Shown in pieces: positions 48,223 to 59,958 of a DNA stretch of 64,000 bases. The notes below the pieces were generated by a model, which was given only the letters and a program-made list of their open reading frames with translations, was not told where the DNA came from and searched no databases. Source of the stretch: an uncultured Actinomycetota bacterium (GTDB lineage Bacteria; Actinomycetota; Actinomycetes; Propionibacteriales; Nocardioidaceae); the NCBI GenBank assembly GCA_963791365.1, contig CAWBSG010000008.1:149950-213949 (forward strand). The letters are read 5' to 3'. Each line of letters opens with the position of its first letter. Positions within the stretch are counted from its first letter, which is position 1. A program made the translations under genes and the position numbers.

Positions 48223-49755
48223 ATGAGTGCGCCCGGGCTCGACCCGACCTTCAGCGACCTGCCGCACCGGCGTCTCGGCGACGTGGCACTGGCCCGGGCC
48301 CAGGAGCTCGGTGCGAGTCACGCCGACTTCCGGTTCGAGCGCAACCGCTACCAGTACCTCGGTGCCCGCGACGGCATCCTGCAGACCGCCAGCGATGCCG
48401 AGGACCTCGGGTTCGCCGTCCGCGTCGTGCACGGCGGGGCGTGGGGGTTCGCCTCCGGTGTCGTCCTGACCGACGGCGAGGCGCGCCGGGTCGCCGAGAC
48501 CGCGGTCGCGGTCGCCAAGGTCGCGGCGGCGATGACCACGACCCCGGTCGAGCTGGCGGCCGAGCCCGTCCACGACGACGTCACCTGGGTCTCGGGCTAC
48601 GAGGTGAACCCACTCGACGTGCCGACGCGCGACAAGGCTGCGCTCCTCGTCGACTGGACCGAGCGGCTCCGCACCGGCGTGGTCGCGCACGCCTCGGCGT
48701 TCCTCCAGCAGGTGCAGGAGAACAAGTACTACGCCGACCTCTCCGGCACCCGCACGACCCAGCAGCGGGTGCGCCTCCAGCCGGGCTTCGAGGCCACCGG
48801 GGAGGACGCCGACACCGGCATCTTCGACTCGATGTCCTCGGTCGCGCCGCCGGTCGGCCGCGGCTGGGAGTACCTCGACGGCTCGCACTGGGACTGGGAC
48901 ACCGAGATCGCCGAGGTGCCCGACCTGCTGGCCGAGAAGCTCACGGCACCGAGTGTCGAGGCGGGCTCGTACGACCTCGTCGTCGACCCGTCGAACCTCT
49001 GGCTCACGATCCACGAGTCCATCGGACACGCCACCGAGCTCGACCGGGCGCTCGGCTACGAGGCCAACTACGCCGGGACCTCGTTCGCGACGTACGACAA
49101 GCTCGGCACGCTGCAGTACGGCTCCCCCGTGATGAACGTGCGGGGCGACCGCACCGAGGAGCACGGCCTGGCCACTGTCGGCTACGACGACGAGGGCGTG
49201 CAGGCCCAGACGTGGGACATCGTGCGCGACGGGGTCCTCGTGGGCTACCAGCTCGACCGCGCCATGGCTCACCTCAAGCCCGAGCTCACGGGGCTCGACT
49301 CAGGGCAAGCCCGCTCCAACGGTTGCGCGTACGCCGACTCCCCCGGCCACATCCCGATCCAGAGGATGGCCAACGTGTCGCTCATGCCCGGCACCGACGA
49401 CCTCGCTACCGACGACCTGATCTCCAAGGTCGAGCGCGGCATCTTCGTCGTCGGCGACAAGTCGTGGTCGATCGACATGCAGCGGTTCAACTTCCAGTTC
49501 ACCGGCCAGAGGTTCTACAAGATCACCGACGGCCGGCTCGACGGGATGCTCCGCGATGTCGCCTACCAGGCCACCACGACCGACTTCTGGGGCTCGATGG
49601 AGGCGGTCGGCGGACCGGACACGTGGGTGCTGGGGGGCGCGTTCAACTGCGGCAAGGCTCAACCCGGCCAGGTCGCCGCCGTCAGCCACGGCTGCCCGAG
49701 CGCGCTGTTCCGCGGCGTCAACATCCTGAACACGATCGACGAGGCGGGACACTGA
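48223..49755 (+). CDS. tldD: TldD family metalloprotease
   Basis: TldD/PmbA fold with a HESIGHATELD (HExxxH-like) motif. ATG 48223 is codon 62 of the track ORF. Confidence 0.88.
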   Translation: MSAPGLDPTFSDLPHRRLGDVALARAQELGASHADFRFERNRYQYLGARDGILQTASDAEDLGFAVRVVHGGAWGFASGVVLTDGEARRVAETAVAVAKVAAAMTTTPVELAAEPVHDDVTWVSGYEVNPLDVPTRDKAALLVDWTERLRTGVVAHASAFLQQVQENKYYADLSGTRTTQQRVRLQPGFEATGEDADTGIFDSMSSVAPPVGRGWEYLDGSHWDWDTEIAEVPDLLAEKLTAPSVEAGSYDLVVDPSNLWLTIHESIGHATELDRALGYEANYAGTSFATYDKLGTLQYGSPVMNVRGDRTEEHGLATVGYDDEGVQAQTWDIVRDGVLVGYQLDRAMAHLKPELTGLDSGQARSNGCAYADSPGHIPIQRMANVSLMPGTDDLATDDLISKVERGIFVVGDKSWSIDMQRFNFQFTGQRFYKITDGRLDGMLRDVAYQATTTDFWGSMEAVGGPDTWVLGGAFNCGKAQPGQVAAVSHGCPSALFRGVNILNTIDEAGH

Positions 49756-51152
49756 TGACCTCCCTGCGCACCACGCCCCAGCTGCTCGTCGAGCACGCGC
49801 TCGCGACCTCGACGGCCGACGACTGCATCGCGATCGTCCGCGACGCCACGAGCACCAACCTCCGGTGGGCCAACAACACCCTCACGACCAACGGCGTGAT
49901 GACCGAGGTCGCCGTGACGGTCGTCAGCTTCGCCTCCGTCGAGGGTGGCGTCGCCACCGGATCGGTCTCGGGAAGCGCGTCGACGACCGACCAGGTCACC
50001 ACGCTCGTGCAGGCGGCTGACGCGGCCGCTCGCGCCGGCTCGCCTGCGGAGGACGTCGCCGAGCTGGTCGCGGACCGGACGTCCGCCGACTGGGACACCG
50101 AGCCCGAGACGACCGACATCGGCGTCTACGACTCGTTCGCGCCCGGGCTCGGCGACGCCTTCCGCGAAGCCACGTCGGAGGACCGCCTGCTCTACGGCTT
50201 CGTCAACCACGAGGTGACCACGACGTACCTCGGCTCGACGCGCGGGCTGCGACTGCGCCACGTGCAGCCGACCGGCCACTACGCATGCACCGGCAAGGAC
50301 ACCGCGCTGACCCGCAGCGCGTGGACCGGTGGCGCCACCCGCGACTTCCGCGACGTCGATGCCGCGTCCATGGCCGCGACCGTCAAGCAGCGGCTCGGCT
50401 GGGCCGAGCGTCGCATCGACCTGGCCGCCGGCCGCTACGACACGATCCTGCCGCCGTCGTCGGTGGCCGACCTGATGATCGACGCCTACTGGAGTGCCGG
50501 CGCCCGCGTCGCCCACGAGGGCGAGTCGGTCTACAGCCGTCGCGGCGGTGGCACCCGGATCGCCGACAAGGTCGCCGCGCCGGGCGTGAGCCTGTTCTCC
50601 GACCCGGCGTACGCCGGCCTGGAGTGCGCGCCGTTCGTGATCGCCGGAGCGTCCGACAACACCGACTCGGTCTTCGACAACGGCCTCCCGCTCGAGCGCA
50701 CCGACTGGATCCGGGACGGCCTCCTGACCGGCCTGCTCCAGACCCGGCACTCGGCCGCGATGACCGGCCAGCCGGTCACCCCGATGATCGACAACCTCGT
50801 CCTCGAGGTGGGCGACGGCGCCGGCACCATCGACGACCTGATCGCCGGCACCCAGCGCGGCCTGCTGCTCACCTGCCTCTGGTACATCCGCGAGGTCGAC
50901 CCCCAAACCATGCTGCTCACCGGCCTGACCCGCGACGGCGTGTACGTCGTCGAGGACGGCGAGATCGTCGGGGCCGCCAACAACTTCCGCTGGAACGAGA
51001 GCCCGATCGACCTCCTCAACCGGTTCAGCGCGGCCACCACCGCAGTGCCGAGCTTCAGCCGCGAGTGGGGCGACGACTTCTTCTCCCGCACCGCCACGCC
51101 GGCCCTGCGGATCCCGGACTTCAACATGTCGAGCGTGTCGCAGGGCGTCTGA
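49755..51152 (+). CDS. pmbA: TldE/PmbA family metalloprotease partner
   Basis: PmbA_TldD family without the HExxxH motif. TGATG junction with tldD. Confidence 0.85.
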   Translation: MTSLRTTPQLLVEHALATSTADDCIAIVRDATSTNLRWANNTLTTNGVMTEVAVTVVSFASVEGGVATGSVSGSASTTDQVTTLVQAADAAARAGSPAEDVAELVADRTSADWDTEPETTDIGVYDSFAPGLGDAFREATSEDRLLYGFVNHEVTTTYLGSTRGLRLRHVQPTGHYACTGKDTALTRSAWTGGATRDFRDVDAASMAATVKQRLGWAERRIDLAAGRYDTILPPSSVADLMIDAYWSAGARVAHEGESVYSRRGGGTRIADKVAAPGVSLFSDPAYAGLECAPFVIAGASDNTDSVFDNGLPLERTDWIRDGLLTGLLQTRHSAAMTGQPVTPMIDNLVLEVGDGAGTIDDLIAGTQRGLLLTCLWYIREVDPQTMLLTGLTRDGVYVVEDGEIVGAANNFRWNESPIDLLNRFSAATTAVPSFSREWGDDFFSRTATPALRIPDFNMSSVSQGV

Positions 51153-51181
51153 GGGCCACCGCTGGTCGTCGACCGCGCGCC

Positions 51182-51246
51182 GAGCGGTGTGTGAGGGGGA
51201 TTCGCGACCGCCAGAATCCTCCTCACGCACCGCCCGCGGGCGTGTC
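51182..51246 (+). repeat. structured intergenic repeat, family 2, copy A
   Basis: GAGCGGTGTGTGAGGGGGATTCGCGACCGCCAGAATCCTCCTCACGCACCGCCCGCGGGCGTGTC. Internal hairpin GTGTGAGGGGGATTC...GAATCCTCCTCACGCAC. Confidence 0.8.
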
Positions 51247-51264
51247 GACGGGCGGCGCGCCGAT

Positions 51265-51328
51265 GAGCGGTGACTGAGGCGGATTCGCGACCGCCAGAAT
51301 CCTCCTCACGCACCTCCCCGCGGGTGTC
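51265..51328 (+). repeat. structured intergenic repeat, family 2, copy B (83-bp period, direct)
   Basis: GAGCGGTGACTGAGGCGGATTCGCGACCGCCAGAATCCTCCTCACGCACCTCCCCGCGGGTGTC. About 90% identical to copy A. Confidence 0.8.
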
Positions 51329-51357
51329 AGGCGACGCGGTCGTGCGCCGGTTTCGCC

Positions 51358-51639
51358 TCAGCCGAGCCGCCGCACGCGCTGGCGGTGCTTGCTGGAGTTG
51401 TCGCCGTCGATGTCGGAGTCGCGGGTCTTGGAGATGTGGTCGACCTTCTCCTGGTTGCCCCGCACCGGCTGGGCCGCGATGAGGGTGTCGCGCTCGTAGG
51501 CGTGCGACTTGTCGGTGTTGCGGTAGTAGCGGTAGAGCGCCCAGTACGTCGCCGCGCCGCCGGCCGGACCGGCGGCGAGGATCCACGCCGGGACACCGTC
51601 GCTCGCCATCACGACGACCTGCGCCAGCTCGGTGATCAT
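51358..51639 (-). CDS. small membrane protein (93 aa), last gene of the SPFH/zinc-ribbon cluster
   Basis: MITELAQVVVMASDGVPAWILAAGPAGGAATYWALYRYY (one TM) followed by a charged tail. ATGA overlap with the upstream gene. It is the tail of track ORF 51358..52731. Confidence 0.6.
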   Translation of the reverse strand: MITELAQVVVMASDGVPAWILAAGPAGGAATYWALYRYYRNTDKSHAYERDTLIAAQPVRGNQEKVDHISKTRDSDIDGDNSSKHRQRVRRLG

Positions 51640-52898
51640 GCGCTCGCCACCAGGATCCAGCCGGCGATGCCCTCGAGGAAGGTGCCGACCGTGAGGGCCG
51701 CGGTCAGCAGGCGCCACTGCGACACCGGGACGCTGCCCATCGTCTCGCCCGTCCGCGCGTTGACCGCGATGTAGTGCAGCATCTTGGTGTTCTCCTGGTA
51801 GTAGGAGTAGAGCCACACCGGCAGGTACATCGACACCCACCGCGAGCCACCGACGTCGACGCGCTCGGCCTCCCAGCGCACCCCCCGGTCGAACTGCGAC
51901 AACGAGCCCTCGACCTGCGAGCGGCCGATCGACAGCAGCTGGCTCTCGAGGACGGGCGCGAGGTCGTCGACGTCGAGGTCGCGCTTCTCGCTGGTGAACC
52001 CGACGAGGTAGCTCGAGTTCCACTTGACGGCGTTCTTGGTGTCGAACGGCAGCACCGTGTTGACGATGTTGTTGGTGGTCGAGCCGTCGAAGTTCGCCCG
52101 GTCGGCGGCCCCCTCGACGGTGAGGTCGTCGACGGTGAAGGCGACCGACCTGTCGACGCGGTAGACGTCGGCCGCGTAGTACGTCGTCGAGCTGTCGCCG
52201 TGCTTCTCGGTCCACCGGCGGGTCTGCACCTCGCCCTTGCCGACGTACGCCGCCTCGGCGCGGGCGTCGATCACGAGGTAGGGCAGGTAGACGCCGAGGA
52301 CGTTCTCCGGGATGAACTCCTTCTTGAAGCGCGGGTGCGCGAAGAGTCGTCGCTTGGAGGCGAACTCGCGGATCTTCTCGACCGCCTCGGCGTGGGTCAG
52401 GCGGAACGGCAGGACCGCGTCGGGCACGGCGCCGTTGGGGGTGCGCTGGTTGACGTTGAGGGTGTGGCGGCACCAGTGGCAGCGCGCGTTCATCGCGTGC
52501 GCCGTGTCGACGACGACGTCCGCGCCGCAGCCACCGCACGTCATGGTGATGACGTCCTCGTCGGAGGAGATCTCCTCCGCGCCACCCGCGATGACGGTGC
52601 CCTCGAGCTCGTCGATGCCGACCCCCAGGCCGAACTCCTCCTCGACCCGCGACTCCTGCCACTCGTGGCGGCAGAACAGGCAGACCAGCATCCCGGTCGA
52701 CGCGCGCTGGCGCACGTCCGTGGAGCCACACCTCGGGCAGCGGTTGACGCCGTCGTTGAGCGACTCGTTGACCGTGTCGATGTCCGGGCCCGGTGCGGGC
52801 TCGGCGCGCGCGGCCGCCAGCTCCTCCTCCAGCGAGAGCGGCGGCCCGTCGAAGACGGGGGCGTCCGGGTCACGCGGCGGCGGCTGGTCAGATGCCAA
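51636..52898 (-). CDS. double zinc-ribbon membrane-anchored protein (B. subtilis YdjG-like)
   Basis: Two CxxC...CxxC ribbons (CPRCGS...CLFCRH; CGGCGA...CHWCRH), a large central domain and a C-terminal TM helix. TTG start 52898 overlaps the upstream gene by 11 nt. Confidence 0.72.
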   Translation of the reverse strand: MASDQPPPRDPDAPVFDGPPLSLEEELAAARAEPAPGPDIDTVNESLNDGVNRCPRCGSTDVRQRASTGMLVCLFCRHEWQESRVEEEFGLGVGIDELEGTVIAGGAEEISSDEDVITMTCGGCGADVVVDTAHAMNARCHWCRHTLNVNQRTPNGAVPDAVLPFRLTHAEAVEKIREFASKRRLFAHPRFKKEFIPENVLGVYLPYLVIDARAEAAYVGKGEVQTRRWTEKHGDSSTTYYAADVYRVDRSVAFTVDDLTVEGAADRANFDGSTTNNIVNTVLPFDTKNAVKWNSSYLVGFTSEKRDLDVDDLAPVLESQLLSIGRSQVEGSLSQFDRGVRWEAERVDVGGSRWVSMYLPVWLYSYYQENTKMLHYIAVNARTGETMGSVPVSQWRLLTAALTVGTFLEGIAGWILVASA

Positions 52899-54081
52899 GA
52901 GCCTTGGCCTTCGCCGCGTCGTAGTCCTCCTGCGTGATCAGGCCGGCGTCGAGCATCTCCTTGGCGCGGGTGAGCACCGCGACCGGGTCATCGGCGGCGG
53001 GCTCGGCCGGAGCCGCGGGTGCAGCGGCGGGCGCAGCTGCCTGCTGGGTCGGCTGCTGGGTCGGCTGCTGGAGACCGCCGAGTCCCATCCCACCGGTCGC
53101 CATGCCCATCCCGATCAGGCCGCCCGGGCCGGCGTTCTCACCGGCCGACTCGATGCCGGCTGCCACGGACGCCTGGAGGTTCGAGTTGCCTCGCGAACCC
53201 GAGAGGGCGTCGGCCCGCTGGACGTTCTTGAGCAGCTCGCGGGTGTTCTCGTCGTACTCGATCGAGATGATCGCGGTCTTGACGATCTCCAGGCCCCGGT
53301 CGGTGCGCCACTGGTAGTTCTCCTCGACGGCAGCCGAGAGCGACTGGGCGAAGCCGACGGAGTCCTGCTGGAGCCGGGCGATCCGGTTCCCCTTGGCGGG
53401 GTCGTTGGTGTACATCGAGAAGGCCGGGGCGAGCGAGCCGACGACCTCGTTGAAGAGCTGCTCGCCGGCCGGGTTGTCGATGTCGGTGAAGTCGAAGATG
53501 CCCTGCGCGGTCAACACGGATGCGGAGACGAAGTTGCGCAGGAACGTCAGCGGGTCGGTGATCTTGAGCGTGTAGGTGCCGCGGGTGATCGCACCGACCT
53601 GGGTGTTGAGGAACGCGTCGTCCCAGTAGATCTCCGACTGCGTGCCGAACTTGTTGTTGGGCAGCTCCTTCAGCGTCACGAAGATCGCGGTCTGCTGGCT
53701 CCCGGGACGCCCGCCGAACTTGAAGCGCTCCCAGCTCTGCTTGATGAGCGAGTCCACCAGCCCGCCGCCGGAGAAGACGGACTGCGAGGTGGTCTCGTCG
53801 GCGTCCCAGACATAGCCGCCGGGCTCGGCCGCGAACCCGGTGAAGGCGCCGTCCTCGATCAGCACCAGGCCGTAGCCCTCCGGCACGACGATCTTGGAGC
53901 CGTTGGTGATCACGCCGTCGGACGCGCCCGCGTTGGCGCCGCGCCCCTGGTTCGCGTCCCTGCGCACCGCCGGGAAGACCGCGGCCGTGGCAGGCAGCCC
54001 GTCGGGCACCGTGTAGAAGTCGAGCCACTGGTCGGCCAGCGTGCCGCCGATCGCCCCGCTCACTGCCTGGAAGAGTCCCAT
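52888..54081 (-). CDS. SPFH/Band-7 family protein (YdjI-like, 'virion core protein' type) with C-terminal SHOCT domain
   Basis: N-terminal MGLFQAVSGAIGGTLADQWLDFY...GSKIVVPEGYGLVLIEDG (Band_7_1-like), a Gly/Met/Gln/Pro-rich linker, and a SHOCT-like tail VAVLTRAKEMLDAGLITQEDYDAAKAKAL. ATG 54081 has SD GGAGGGA. Confidence 0.82.
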   Translation of the reverse strand: MGLFQAVSGAIGGTLADQWLDFYTVPDGLPATAAVFPAVRRDANQGRGANAGASDGVITNGSKIVVPEGYGLVLIEDGAFTGFAAEPGGYVWDADETTSQSVFSGGGLVDSLIKQSWERFKFGGRPGSQQTAIFVTLKELPNNKFGTQSEIYWDDAFLNTQVGAITRGTYTLKITDPLTFLRNFVSASVLTAQGIFDFTDIDNPAGEQLFNEVVGSLAPAFSMYTNDPAKGNRIARLQQDSVGFAQSLSAAVEENYQWRTDRGLEIVKTAIISIEYDENTRELLKNVQRADALSGSRGNSNLQASVAAGIESAGENAGPGGLIGMGMATGGMGLGGLQQPTQQPTQQAAAPAAAPAAPAEPAADDPVAVLTRAKEMLDAGLITQEDYDAAKAKALGI

Positions 54082-54176
54082 GCCGATTTCCCTCCGGAAA
54101 CGTTCAACGCGGGTGCAGCCGCCCCCGACCGCGGCAACAGTAGCGCTCACCGAGCCACCCCACGAGGCTGTTCTGC

Positions 54177-55472
54177 TCACAGGATCGTCGGATGTCCACC
54201 CGGGATCTCGACGTAGGGGTCGTAGGGCGTGCGGGTGTAGACGAAGGTGGCGCACTCGAGGTGGCTGATCGACCCGCCCGGACGGCGTACGACGTCGAGG
54301 TGCTCGCCGCGGTGGTAGCCCAGGACGCCCCGCAGCACGCCGTCGGTCAGCTCGAACCGCTCCCACAGCAACCCGCGCATCGCCATCTGGCGCAGCTCGA
54401 GCCCCTCGTTGTGCCAGCGCATCTCGTAGGCCGTGTTCCCCCAGAACCAGACGCCCGGGACGCCGACGACGTCGGCGGGGAGCGCGGTCGTCGGCCGCCA
54501 GGGCGCCGGCCGCTCGTCGGAGGCGTCCGGATCACCCTCGATGAGCGACACCGCGAGGGCCTGGGGCGCGATGCCGGTCGTCGCGTTGGTGAGGACCACG
54601 GCGCCGATGCCGCTGTCGGGGTCGACCTGGAGCGAGGCCATGAAGCCCGGCATCGAGCCGTCGTGCCCGACGAGCCGGCCGCCGGGGTGGACCCCGAGCA
54701 TCAGCCCCAGCCCGTAGGTTGCCGTCACCGCGCGCCCCATCTCCTCGAGCGTCGCGGGCGCGAGGACCCGGGGGTGCACGCCGGCCAGCACCTGGCCCCA
54801 GGTGATGAGGTCCGCGAGCGTCGACCAGAGCTGCCCGGCCGGCGCCATCGCCCCGGTCTCCGTCAGCGGCTCGTGCACCCGGATCCCGGTGAAGTGGTCG
54901 ACGCTCCAGCCCGCCTGCGCGCCGGGACGTGGGAGGTACGACGTGGAGCGCATGCCGAGCGGACGGAGCAGCCGGTCGTTGACGAGGTCTCGCCACCGCG
55001 CGCCGAACCTCCGCGCGACGACCTCGCCGAGCAGGCCGTAGCCGAGGTTGGAGTAGTGGAACCAGTCCCCCGCCGCGGCCACGCGTCCCGATCCGTCGTT
55101 GGCGGCGACGAGCGCCGCGAAGTCGCTGCCGCGGGTGCGCTCCCACCACGGACCACGCGGCTCGCTCTGCATGCCGGAGGCGTGCGCGAGCGCGTCGCGC
55201 ACGGTGATGTCGCCGTAGCCACCGATGTCACCGAGGTGGGCCGAGAGCGGGTCGCCGAGATCGAGCAGGCCCTCGTCGCGGGCCTGCATCACCAGCGCGG
55301 CCGTCATCGACTTGGTGATGGAGCCGATCCGGTACTGCCCGTCGAGCCCGGGCGCGTCACCCGCCCCGCCGGCCCAGACGGCGCCGTACCGGTCGAAGAC
55401 GGCACCGACCACGGACGTCAGCCGGCCCTCGGCCTGCGCGACGTCCAGCAGTCGCTGCCGCTGGTCACTCAT
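54177..55472 (-). CDS. serine hydrolase (beta-lactamase / PBP4* family)
   Basis: SxxK = SITK, and YSN = YSNLGYG. Confidence 0.85.
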   Translation of the reverse strand: MSDQRQRLLDVAQAEGRLTSVVGAVFDRYGAVWAGGAGDAPGLDGQYRIGSITKSMTAALVMQARDEGLLDLGDPLSAHLGDIGGYGDITVRDALAHASGMQSEPRGPWWERTRGSDFAALVAANDGSGRVAAAGDWFHYSNLGYGLLGEVVARRFGARWRDLVNDRLLRPLGMRSTSYLPRPGAQAGWSVDHFTGIRVHEPLTETGAMAPAGQLWSTLADLITWGQVLAGVHPRVLAPATLEEMGRAVTATYGLGLMLGVHPGGRLVGHDGSMPGFMASLQVDPDSGIGAVVLTNATTGIAPQALAVSLIEGDPDASDERPAPWRPTTALPADVVGVPGVWFWGNTAYEMRWHNEGLELRQMAMRGLLWERFELTDGVLRGVLGYHRGEHLDVVRRPGGSISHLECATFVYTRTPYDPYVEIPGGHPTIL

Positions 55473-55494
55473 GCTCAGACCCTAGGCGTCCCGG

Positions 55495-58365
<2,871 letters not shown>

Positions 58366-58424
58366 TCCTTGAGGTCACTCAGATGACCTCCCATCTGTCG
58401 GCCCGGTGGCCTCCAGAGTGCCAA

Positions 58425-58524
58425 CCCGTGCGGTCCTGGTGCCTGAGAGGTTCCGGGAGGAATTGCCCCTTCGGCGCACTGCGACCCGCCACGAGCACCG
58501 GCCGCAACGACTCTCCCGCACGGG
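58425..58524 (-). promoter_or_regulatory. glycine riboswitch aptamer (single complete aptamer) in the gcvP leader
   Basis: Sense strand: P1 CCCGTGCG...CGCACGGG encloses GGGAGAG, CGCCGAAGGGGCAA and CTCAGGCACCAGGAC, which are the glycine-aptamer core motifs. It is followed by CTCTGGAGG... and a hairpin GAGGTCA-TCTGAG-TGACCTC abutting the SD. Confidence 0.8.
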
Positions 58525-58563
58525 ATGTCGGCATCGGCAGTTTAGCGACCCGCAGCGCAAATG

Positions 58564-58595
58564 GACGAAGCCGCCCGGGGCGGGGCGGCTTCGTC
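58564..58595 (-). terminator. 13-bp perfect stem-loop GACGAAGCCGCCC / GGGCGGCTTCGTC after the MerR gene
   Basis: Lies 28 nt downstream of the stop at 58623 on the minus strand, followed by a short T run (CATTTG). Confidence 0.6.
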
Positions 58596-58622
58596 GAGGA
58601 TCTTGGAGGTGCTGCCGGAGCG

Positions 58623-59234
58623 TCAGCCGGTCTGGCGCGCGGCACGACGCGCGGCGAGCTCGTCGCCGGCGACGGTGGAGGCGGGCTCGTCGGCGGTGCG
58701 CTCGCTGGGCAGCTCGGCCAGCGTGCCCTCGATCTCGCGCCACACGCCGCCGATCGCGATGCCGAAGACTCCCTGGCCGCCCTGGAGCAGGTCGATGACC
58801 TCGTCGTTGCTGGTGCACTCGTAGACCGAGGCGCCGTCGCTCATCAGCGTCACCCGGGTCAGGTCGTCGGTGCCACGCTCGCGCAGGTGGGTGGTGGCGG
58901 TGCGGATCTGCTGCAGCGAGATGCCCGCGTCGAGGAGGCGCTTGACGACCTTGAGGATCAAGATGTCGCGGAAGGAGTAGAGGCGCTGCGAGCCGGACCC
59001 GGCCGCGCCGCGCACGCTCGGCTCGACGAGGCCGGTGCGGGCCCAGTAGTCGAGCTGGCGGTAGGTGATGCCGGCGGCGTTGCACGCGGTCGGGCCGCGG
59101 TAGCCGGTGTCGCTCGGGAGCGGCGAGACGTCGTCGGCGAAGAGGAGTCCCTGCTCCTCGGCCAGACCGGCGGCCTCGGCCGCGGCACGCTGCGCAGCGG
59201 CGTCTACGCCCTGGTCGTTCTCGTTGCTAGCCAC
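58623..59234 (-). CDS. MerR family transcriptional regulator (Rv1830-like position)
   Basis: MerR HTH (ACNAAGITYRQLDYWARTGLVEPSV...RLYSFRDILILKVVKRLLDAGISLQQI). GTG 59234 is codon 132 of track ORF 58623..59627, with SD GGAGG. Confidence 0.85.
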   Translation of the reverse strand: MASNENDQGVDAAAQRAAAEAAGLAEEQGLLFADDVSPLPSDTGYRGPTACNAAGITYRQLDYWARTGLVEPSVRGAAGSGSQRLYSFRDILILKVVKRLLDAGISLQQIRTATTHLRERGTDDLTRVTLMSDGASVYECTSNDEVIDLLQGGQGVFGIAIGGVWREIEGTLAELPSERTADEPASTVAGDELAARRAARQTG

Positions 59235-59402
59235 AGCCAAGCCTCCACGTTCGGGTTCCTCCGCTGAGCAGCAACTCCTGGGGGAAGGATCCGTGCGCCC
59301 CGGTGGACCGGCAACGACAACGGTGGAGTTACAACGAAGACATCTCAAGGTAAGCCCGAGAGTTCGGGTTGTCCATCCACGCCGCGGCGTGTCGCAACCC
59401 TC

Positions 59403-59419
59403 ACCCTCAACTTGAGGGT
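59403..59419. promoter_or_regulatory. perfect 8-1-8 palindrome ACCCTCAA-C-TTGAGGGT
   Basis: Seen directly, in the 200-nt region upstream of the MerR gene and 18 nt after the BFN stop. It is a candidate MerR operator rather than a terminator, because the loop is too small. Confidence 0.3.
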
Positions 59420-59436
59420 CACAGTTTTGGGCGGGT

Positions 59437-59904
59437 CTAGGGAGACTCGAAGTCGTCCGGCGAGACGTGGTCGAGGAACTCGCGGAACCGCTCCACCTCG
59501 TCCTCCTGCTCGGCCGGCACGGCGAGGCCCGCCTCGTCGAGCACGGCCTCCGCGCACACGATGCGGGTGCCCGTGCGCAGCGCCAGGGCGATCGAGTCGG
59601 ACGGCCGCGCACCGACCTCGGCACCACCGTCGAAGACGAGCTGGGCGAAGAAGATGCTGTCCTGCATGTCGACGATGCGCACCTCGACGAGCCGCTGGCC
59701 GGTCGCCTCGAGGACGTCGCGCATCAGGTCGTGCGTCAGTGGCCGCGGCGGCGTGACGCCCTGCTGCGCGAAGGCGATCGCCGTGGCCTCGACGGCGCCG
59801 ATCCAGATGGGGAGGTAGCGCTCCCCCGTCACCTCTCGCAGCAGCACGATCGGCTGGTTCGAGGGCATCTCGACACGGACTCCGACGACGTCCATTTCGC
59901 GCAT
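59437..59904 (-). CDS. bifunctional nuclease family protein (DUF151/BFN)
   Basis: VVGVRVEMPSNQPIVLLRE...YLPIWIGAVEATAIAFAQQG...RPLTHDL motif set. Confidence 0.85.
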   Translation of the reverse strand: MREMDVVGVRVEMPSNQPIVLLREVTGERYLPIWIGAVEATAIAFAQQGVTPPRPLTHDLMRDVLEATGQRLVEVRIVDMQDSIFFAQLVFDGGAEVGARPSDSIALALRTGTRIVCAEAVLDEAGLAVPAEQEDEVERFREFLDHVSPDDFESP

Positions 59905-59958
59905 GTCCCCACCCTACTCACGACGGGTGAGGCCGCGGACACCTGCCGCGAGCGTCAC

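Noticed and set aside
58366-58424. A second complete glycine aptamer, which would make this a tandem riboswitch.
   Set aside because: The segment begins CTCTGGAG but lacks the GAAGGxGCAA and CTCAGGC core motifs and is too short. It is treated as a ghost aptamer or expression platform.
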